Of a stretch of DNA of 33,577 nucleotides, positions 27,456 to 33,577 are shown in pieces (the first letter of the stretch is position 1; each line of letters begins with the position of its first letter). This DNA is from Chlamydiota bacterium (GTDB taxonomy: Bacteria; Chlamydiota; Chlamydiia; Chlamydiales; SM23-39). Made by a program: the position numbers and the translations under genes. A model generated the notes under the pieces. That model made no database searches, was not told the DNA's origin, and worked only from the letters and a program-made list of their open reading frames with translations. The stretch spans positions 1 through 33,577 of the forward strand of contig JBEHXF010000019.1 in NCBI GenBank assembly GCA_048498835.1. The letters run 5' to 3'.

Positions 27456-28540
27456 ATACATGCGCTCTCAACACGGGAACAGATATCCATCTTCTCGATC
27501 ACATTGCCCCACTCGCTTCTCTTCTTGAGATTCCGCTTCTCGTCACAGAACCTGAAAATCTAAAGCTCGCTGAGCATTACTATCCGGAAGTGATCACCCG
27601 TTTTCAGCCCGATTTAGAATTCCATTTAAAAGATCTCGCAGAAGAATTCGATGCCCTTATTGAATGTAAGTATTGGGCTCCCCATCTCAAAACCCTCTTT
27701 CAGACTCTATTTGGCAAAGAGATGCTTCTAATCTTTTGTCCTCACGGACAATCGGACAAAGGATATGGAGCGCCTCTACTCGCCCCTTATGCTACCCAAG
27801 ACGCCGTCCTGCTCTACGGCGATCTGCTTCGCGAAATGCTTCAAGAACTCTCCGTCTGGCCCTTCATACACCGAAGTGCCATCGTCGGAAATTATCGCCA
27901 ACTGTATTACAACAAACATAAAGACCGACTGAATCAACTCGCTAACACAGAGATCTTTTCGCAGCTGAAGCCGCACAATCGAACTCTTCTCTATGCTCCT
28001 ACTTGGCGCGATGCCGATGGCGCCACGAGCTTTTTCAACTCAGTTGCAATGATTCATCAACAACTTCCCGAGGACTGGAATGTAATCGTCAAAGTCCATC
28101 CTCTGCTGTCTCAGCGCGATCCGGCGCTCTTTTACCGCTTAGCACATCTTCAAAAACCGAACTGGCTTCTCGTCGAACAATTTCCGCCGGTCTATCCTAT
28201 CCTAGACCGAGTGGATGCCTACCTCGGCGATTACTCCTCGGTCGGCTACGACGCACTCGCTTTTCATAAGCCACTTTATTTTTTACCCCAACACAACCTA
28301 CCGCCTGCGCGACTACACTCTTGTGGTCAAAAAATCGAAGCAAAACGGCTCTTCCAAACAATCGATGAAACACTGTGTAAAGCTAAGAATTTTGAGACCA
28401 CTCAGACAGATCTCTATCAGAAAGCCTTTAGCCCAATAACGAACTTGAAGCTCGCGCTTCAATCTCTTATCGGCGGCAGAACAAAAACAGACATTAAATC
28501 GCCAATATTCCCAGCAGCTGGCTCCGCTTCTAAATCATAA
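27446..28540 (+). CDS. CDP-glycerol:glycerophosphotransferase (TagF/TagB-like) family protein, copy 2
   Basis: CPHGQSDKG, LYAPTWRD, VKVHP, GDYSSVGYDA; clear paralogue of the upstream gene. Confidence 0.85.
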   Translation: MDLNTCALNTGTDIHLLDHIAPLASLLEIPLLVTEPENLKLAEHYYPEVITRFQPDLEFHLKDLAEEFDALIECKYWAPHLKTLFQTLFGKEMLLIFCPHGQSDKGYGAPLLAPYATQDAVLLYGDLLREMLQELSVWPFIHRSAIVGNYRQLYYNKHKDRLNQLANTEIFSQLKPHNRTLLYAPTWRDADGATSFFNSVAMIHQQLPEDWNVIVKVHPLLSQRDPALFYRLAHLQKPNWLLVEQFPPVYPILDRVDAYLGDYSSVGYDALAFHKPLYFLPQHNLPPARLHSCGQKIEAKRLFQTIDETLCKAKNFETTQTDLYQKAFSPITNLKLALQSLIGGRTKTDIKSPIFPAAGSASKS

Positions 28541-29523
28541 GCAAAAGCCCCTTCTTTTAAAGGGTGAATCGAAGTCACTTTAGCCACCTCTAAACCCGGA
28601 GGAAAGACTCCATCCAGTCCCGTTGTAACCAAGAGATCGCCTGGCTGTAAAACCAAAGGATCTCGTAAATCCCTCGCAGATCCTTCCTCATCGGCCACAT
28701 CGCAATTAAACCCAATACCTTTTAACTTAATGCTCAATGACCTTTGATACGGTTCGTTACTTCCTAAAATCTCTCCCTTGGCAAAGTAACCATCTTCAAA
28801 TCGAACTGGCAGATGACTTTGAAGCTCTGTGAGATGTTCAATCGCTGGACTATCTTTTAAACTCGGATGCCTTTTGCACTGCGTCAAAAGAGATTGAAGA
28901 AGAAAAGCGATTTCGCGCTCCTGTATGGATCCACGAACAGCCCTCACTGCCGTCTTCAATCCCGAATCCGTAATCAAACGGACCCGCGATTGACGTTTCC
29001 CAACATACTCGACAATCCCAATCAACATAGAACCAGAAACCACGGGACTATTTTTTGCGACGATCGTCTGACCGAACGACTGATTATTCTCTTCTCCTAC
29101 ATCAATCCAGCAGCTACTACTCCAAGAACTCGGATCGCGATATAAAATACGCCCAAAAGCCGCGATGGCACGCGATTGGAGAAGCTCTCTCATCTCTTTT
29201 GCACGTCTTTTTAAAAATTCACTGGAGACATCCTTTTGAAACGTCTGAAAACAATCGGCCTGTTCTCGGAGCCTTTTTTCACTACCCAGCCATTCATACA
29301 CGAGATCGAGCTGACTTCTCAGTTGCAAATTTTCAAGCTGTAAACTCTGCAGCTCTTTTGGATCGTAATTTCGTTGTAAAGGCGGAGATCTCATCACTTG
29401 TCCCAACGACCAAGCAGGCTGTAAAAACACCACCGCTTTTGAGCGAATCCGATCTGAAGTATTTTGAGGAAAACTCAAAAGAGCTAAGAATAAAACAGGC
29501 AGCGTCAGCAATGTTCTATTCAC
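28459..29523 (-). CDS. mreC: Rod shape-determining protein MreC
   Basis: N-terminal TM, coiled coil (LQLENLQLR), LIGIV...SRVRLITD, GDLLVTTGLDGVFPPGLEVA. Confidence 0.9.
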   Translation of the reverse strand: MNRTLLTLPVLFLALLSFPQNTSDRIRSKAVVFLQPAWSLGQVMRSPPLQRNYDPKELQSLQLENLQLRSQLDLVYEWLGSEKRLREQADCFQTFQKDVSSEFLKRRAKEMRELLQSRAIAAFGRILYRDPSSWSSSCWIDVGEENNQSFGQTIVAKNSPVVSGSMLIGIVEYVGKRQSRVRLITDSGLKTAVRAVRGSIQEREIAFLLQSLLTQCKRHPSLKDSPAIEHLTELQSHLPVRFEDGYFAKGEILGSNEPYQRSLSIKLKGIGFNCDVADEEGSARDLRDPLVLQPGDLLVTTGLDGVFPPGLEVAKVTSIHPLKEGAFAYDLEAEPAAGNIGDLMSVFVLPPIRD

Positions 29524-30689
29524 AACTCACACACTCGCCTTAAACTTTCTATAAAACGATCGATATTCTCATCGTTTAAACCAGCGAGATTGATCCGTCC
29601 GCTATCAAGAGTATACACCGCTTCCTCTTCGATTAATCTAGCTACCTGCTCTTTGTCGAGATCGAGATAAGAAAACATTCCTTTGTGATGCTTAACAAAA
29701 GAAAATCTCGAAGGCAGTTTCTTAACCAATTTTTCTCTCATAGAAGAAATGCGCTTTCGCATGGCTTCAAGCTCTTGCTTCCAAATTTCTCGTTTGGCTG
29801 GACTCTTCAAAATTTGAGCGACTAAAAAAGCGCCATGAGCAGGTGGATTGGAATAAAGCGCTCGGATTATGCGCTTCACTTGACTCGCGACACGTCCCTT
29901 CACTGCTGCATCACCGCACACGACAAACAAAGCTCCCACCCTCTGGCAATACAAACTGAAATTTTTAGAGCAAGAATAGGCAACCGCCATTTCATGACCC
30001 TGTTCTAAAAAGTACCGCACAGCTCGAGCATCTTCTTCTATTCCCGCTCCAAATCCTTGATAGGCCATATCAAAGAAAGGAAAGAGCTGCCGTTCTTTGC
30101 AAATATCTGAAATGCGCGTCCAATCCTCAAACGTTGGATCGCTTCCCGTCGGGTTATGACACGCTGCATGAAAGAGAACGATGCTTTTCTCAGGCAGCGC
30201 TTGCAGCGCATCTAGATAGGCTTTTCGATCGAAAGAATGAAGATCCCGATTGTAGTAGGGTAAGGTGCTTACTGTACAACCAGCGCGCTCTAAAATCGAG
30301 CGATGGTTAGGCCAGGTTGGATGGGGTATCCATACACTTCGTCCCACTTCCTGAGCCAAAAATTCTGCTCCTACTCGCAAAGCCCCTGTCCCGCCTACAG
30401 CCTGAGCACCATAGATTTTACTCCGATGCTTAGACCATTGATCGTGTCCAAAACAAAGCTCGCCTACCTGTTGAGTAAATTCAACAAGTCCGTCAATCGG
30501 CAGATAATCGGCCATGCGATCAGCCGCTTTTTCCTGATCAACGATGGGCATCAATTCACTTTTCAGCTGAGCATCTTTATAGATACCCACCATTAAACTC
30601 ATTTTTTCCGCTCTTAAGTCGGCGGCAAAAGCCCCTTGCAGACCAAACACCGGGTCTGGCGCTCCTTCGGAAACATGATCCAAGAACAT
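29520..30689 (-). CDS. aspC: Aspartate/aromatic amino acid aminotransferase
   Basis: PDPVFGL, VGIYKD, GGTGALR, HAACHNPTG, DMAYQGF, PLP lysine in SCSKNFSLY. Likely start MFLDHV at 30689. Confidence 0.92.
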   Translation of the reverse strand: MFLDHVSEGAPDPVFGLQGAFAADLRAEKMSLMVGIYKDAQLKSELMPIVDQEKAADRMADYLPIDGLVEFTQQVGELCFGHDQWSKHRSKIYGAQAVGGTGALRVGAEFLAQEVGRSVWIPHPTWPNHRSILERAGCTVSTLPYYNRDLHSFDRKAYLDALQALPEKSIVLFHAACHNPTGSDPTFEDWTRISDICKERQLFPFFDMAYQGFGAGIEEDARAVRYFLEQGHEMAVAYSCSKNFSLYCQRVGALFVVCGDAAVKGRVASQVKRIIRALYSNPPAHGAFLVAQILKSPAKREIWKQELEAMRKRISSMREKLVKKLPSRFSFVKHHKGMFSYLDLDKEQVARLIEEEAVYTLDSGRINLAGLNDENIDRFIESLRRVCEL

Positions 30690-30760
30690 AGAACACCTGC
30701 TGCTTGAGTTCTTGAACATAATAGCGAAGACCCTTTAAAATATCAGCCTTAACCCTAAAC

Positions 30761-30833
30761 GGGGCGTTAGCTCAGTTGGTAGAGCGCAACAATGGCATTG
30801 TTGAGGTCAGCGGTTCGAGACCGCTACGCTCCA
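30761..30833 (+). tRNA. tRNA-Ala (GGC)
   Basis: 73-nt cloverleaf: acceptor GGGGCGT/ACGCTCC with the G3:U70 alanine identity pair, D arm AGCTCAGTTGGTAGAGC, anticodon stem CAACA/TGTTG with loop ATGGCAT, T loop GGTTCGA. CCA tail not encoded. Confidence 0.97.
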
Positions 30834-30836
30834 AAA

Positions 30837-31058
30837 TTATTTCTTCTTTCGGCAGCAACGAAAAATAATCGCTCCAGATCCACCCAGAATAACCATCGCG
30901 ATGCCGCCAATGAGAGAAGTCATCGTATGGTTTGAATATTTCCCTTTCACTTTCATAGCGACCGTTTCTTTTAGCGTATCCATTTGTTGGACGGAATAGA
31001 CGATCATCCCTACACCTACCAGCAAAATTAAAATAGCGATTATTTGCTTTACGTTCAT
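30837..31058 (-). CDS. Small two-TM membrane protein (73 aa)
   Basis: MNVKQIIAILILLVGVGMIVYS...SLIGGIAMVILGGSGAIIFRCCRKKK, with GAGG upstream of ATG 31058. The longer ORF call (to 31415) overlaps the barrel gene. Confidence 0.7.
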   Translation of the reverse strand: MNVKQIIAILILLVGVGMIVYSVQQMDTLKETVAMKVKGKYSNHTMTSLIGGIAMVILGGSGAIIFRCCRKKK

Positions 31059-31189
31059 GCTTTGCCTCAAGTTGAGCACTCTCATTCCTTGTATCAAAGA
31101 AAAGAATTTTCTACTAAACAAGACCCAAGACGCTCCAGTCATTTTCAGGTTGTAAAATTTTTTGTGATCGCCGAAACTGAACCGAAAAG

Positions 31190-32368
31190 ATGAACAAAAA
31201 ACATTTCCAAACCATTCTTTCTTGTCTTTTTCTCTTTGCTCAAATGCGAGTAGAAGCAGATTGTCCCCCCTCCTGCGATACAAAAGAGCTCGAAAAAAAC
31301 TTTTCATTTGGAGCTGAGTATCTATTCTGGAAAGTAGAGGATTCTTCCGATCCCGTTCCTCTCGTAATAGAAGGCGCTCCAAACGCAGTTCCTTCACCAG
31401 TTTTAGGAAGTCCAAATACTTCTGTTGTTCTAGGCGGGAAGGATGTTGATTTAGGTTGGCGGTCCGGAGGTCGATTTAATCTCGGTTATCAATTCGGCAG
31501 TACACACAACTGGAGCCTGAATTTAGCTTACTTTTTCCTCCCGCAAGAATCTAAAAAATCCTCGGTGAGTTCTAACGGCTCACCCGCCCTACTAGTACCA
31601 TTTTACAATGTCGCAACTCTTGCAGAAGACTCAGTCACCATTGCGAACTCACTCCAAAATATGACGGGCACAGCAAAAATTGTCCTTTCTAATCACATGC
31701 AAGGAGTTGAATTAAATGCAGGCAGAGCAATCCCTTTTTTTGATTGCCGTTTTAGATGGGTGGGTCTATTCGGATTTCGCTATTGGAATTTTGTAGAGCA
31801 TTGGACGTTTTCAACAAACAGTCCTCTCCTTCTCGAATCAACCGATGTGTACTTGACTAAAGATAAATTCAAAACGACAAACAACTTTTATGGCCCTCAG
31901 CTCGGCCTTGAATGGAAATATCTTTACCGATGTTTTTCTCTCTCTGTTAAAGGGAAAGTCGCTCTGGGCGCCATGTGCGAAAAACTAAAGATTAGCGGAC
32001 GACTAGACACAAATGACTACAACGGATTTGGAACTGTTTTATCCTATACGGGAGGGTATTTTGCGCTTCCCACAAACAGCGGAACGACCACACAGGTGAA
32101 ATTTTCCGTCATTCCTGAAGTGTATGCCGACCTATCCTACCAAGTATGGCATTGGATGCAGCTAAAAGTGGGCTACTCTTTTCTTTATGTGAGCAATCTC
32201 CTTTGGGCAGGCAATCAGGTCAATCGAGAGATCAATCCCTCTCAAGCTAAAACCTATACAAATGGTGCGGATCCAGCTTTAGTAGGACCTGCCAGTCCTA
32301 AAGCGAGCCTCCATACTTCAAGCCTTTGGGTTCAAGGGATGAATATCGGAGTAGAATTCAGCTTTTAA
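31190..32368 (+). CDS. Outer-membrane beta-barrel protein, BBP7-like
   Basis: Signal peptide; amphipathic strands (FSFGAEYLFWK, GGRFNLGYQ, FYGPQLG, KVGYSFLY); C-terminal BAM-type signature WVQGMNIGVEFSF. Confidence 0.75.
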   Translation: MNKKHFQTILSCLFLFAQMRVEADCPPSCDTKELEKNFSFGAEYLFWKVEDSSDPVPLVIEGAPNAVPSPVLGSPNTSVVLGGKDVDLGWRSGGRFNLGYQFGSTHNWSLNLAYFFLPQESKKSSVSSNGSPALLVPFYNVATLAEDSVTIANSLQNMTGTAKIVLSNHMQGVELNAGRAIPFFDCRFRWVGLFGFRYWNFVEHWTFSTNSPLLLESTDVYLTKDKFKTTNNFYGPQLGLEWKYLYRCFSLSVKGKVALGAMCEKLKISGRLDTNDYNGFGTVLSYTGGYFALPTNSGTTTQVKFSVIPEVYADLSYQVWHWMQLKVGYSFLYVSNLLWAGNQVNREINPSQAKTYTNGADPALVGPASPKASLHTSSLWVQGMNIGVEFSF

Positions 32369-32385
32369 TTCTTGAGAATCATTCT

Positions 32386-33577
32386 ATGAAATCAGCCTTC
32401 TTTCGATGTGCACTTATCTTCCTTTCTCTTCCCCCCTTTCTCCATTGCGAAAGCCCCTATGCAGGAAATGTCAGCGTTTCGCTACCCTTTGCCAACGCAG
32501 CAGAAAATGAAGATCTCCATACTCCTCCTAAAGTCAACCTTGGATTCAATGAGAGTGGGGACTATGTTGAATTTATTATGGATACTGGCTCCGTCGGTAT
32601 AGTTGCCTCTCCCGACATCTTTACCCCCGCTCGTGGAGCCAAATATCTCGGGCCAGGAGAACAAATCTACTCTAGTAGCGGAATCGTGGAAGAGGGGTCT
32701 TGGTGGACTGCGACGCAGCAATTTTATGATGCGGATGGCAACTTAGTCGCCACAGCGGAAGTTCCCGTATTCCAAGTCACGTCTAGACGCTGTTTGCCGG
32801 GCGCTAGAGATTGCATGCCAACCAATCATCCGACGGGCATCGCTTTGATGGGAATTGGATTTGCAAGAGAAAGTTCCGAGCAGCCGCGCGCCACTCCTGC
32901 TTATAACTCCTTCTTAAATCTTCAGACCATTGTTCTAGACGGTATCCAACAACCCCTGCCCAGCAACTGGTGCAATGGCTACGTGGTTTTTCGTGATCGC
33001 GTCGACCTCGGCCTCGATGCGGCAAACACCGAACAAGCCGCCTATGTCAAACTGACCCAGTGGGAAGAACATTCAACACCTGAATTACCAGAGTGGAGAG
33101 CTGCCCCCGTTACCCTTACGGTCAACGGAACAAGCGGCGACGGCCATGTGCTATTGGATACCGGAGTAATCACAGGATTTCTAACGCCTCCAACAGACTC
33201 CGTCATGCCACCCTATGCCCATTGCCCGGGTACTTCACTGGACGAATGCCTACCTAACGGAGATACCGTAGCAGTATATTTGCCCAACTATGAAAATAGG
33301 GTGGCTTTCTATTCCTTTGAAGTAGGAACCGCTAATTCCATGGAGCCAAACGGAGTCCATATCGAAGAAGGACACAACATCTTCTTTAATACCAGCCTTC
33401 ATGTACTGCGAGGCATGGATTTTCTCTACGATAATACGAATGGCTTCACTGGATACATCCGAAATAACCCAAGTTCGCCTGCCACCGTCGAAGTTGCCTT
33501 GACTGCCACAACAACAACCTTAATCTCGTCTAAAAATCCCCAGTGGTTAGGAAGCCCTGTTACTTTTACTGCAACCG
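32386..33577 (+). CDS. Secreted pepsin-like aspartic protease with C-terminal bacterial Ig-like domain (3'-truncated by the window edge)
   Basis: Hand-translated from ATG 32386 with no stop for 397 codons. Signal peptide MKSAFFRCALIFLSLPPFLHC; FIMDTGSVG (Asp66, nt 32581); flap IYSSSG; ALMGIGF; VLLDTGVITG (Asp258, nt 33157); FLYDNTNGFTGY; then TTTTLISSKNP..GSPVTFTAT. Confidence 0.85.
   Translation, partial: MKSAFFRCALIFLSLPPFLHCESPYAGNVSVSLPFANAAENEDLHTPPKVNLGFNESGDYVEFIMDTGSVGIVASPDIFTPARGAKYLGPGEQIYSSSGIVEEGSWWTATQQFYDADGNLVATAEVPVFQVTSRRCLPGARDCMPTNHPTGIALMGIGFARESSEQPRATPAYNSFLNLQTIVLDGIQQPLPSNWCNGYVVFRDRVDLGLDAANTEQAAYVKLTQWEEHSTPELPEWRAAPVTLTVNGTSGDGHVLLDTGVITGFLTPPTDSVMPPYAHCPGTSLDECLPNGDTVAVYLPNYENRVAFYSFEVGTANSMEPNGVHIEEGHNIFFNTSLHVLRGMDFLYDNTNGFTGYIRNNPSSPATVEVALTATTTTLISSKNPQWLGSPVTFTAT

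Noticed and set aside
31059..31415. Long 192-aa version of the minus-strand ORF
   Set aside because: It overlaps the barrel gene antisense; only the last 73 aa look like a real membrane protein with an RBS.
32408..33025. Short ORFs 32408..32602, 32482..32721 and 32804..33025
   Set aside because: They are shadows of the protease reading frame that starts at 32386.
1..33577. Mobile elements, phage genes, defence systems, rRNA
   Set aside because: No transposase, integrase, phage, cas or rRNA signatures were recognised anywhere in the window.

Overview
Bacterial chromosomal window, most likely from an environmental member of the phylum Chlamydiota. This is inferred from the chlamydia-style type II secretion cluster (hypothetical-gspD-gspE-gspF-pseudopilins) and the aspC-mreC pair next to tRNA-Ala(GGC). 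Left to right: a TPR-vWA-rsmD-coaD operon; an AT-rich membrane ORF; an unannotated 36-aa Pro/Lys-rich peptide gene; a large secreted MORN-variant repeat protein; a proline-themed block (putP, archaeal/eukaryote-type proS, a divergent PGI/PMI-like SIS protein, a proC-like reductase, an EamA transporter); the T2SS operon; a methyltransferase; a GT4 glycosyltransferase; mutY; two tandem TagF-like genes; mreC; aspC; and tRNA-Ala. After the tRNA lie a BBP7-like beta-barrel gene and a long ORF missed by the ORF track (it runs off the right edge), which encodes a secreted two-lobed pepsin-like aspartic protease followed by an Ig-like domain. The best candidates for novelty are the barrel plus protease-Ig pair, the SIS/ProC-like/EamA module, the small basic peptide gene and a TonB-like-anchored vWA protein. 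All family assignments come from motif recognition by eye; no searches were run.
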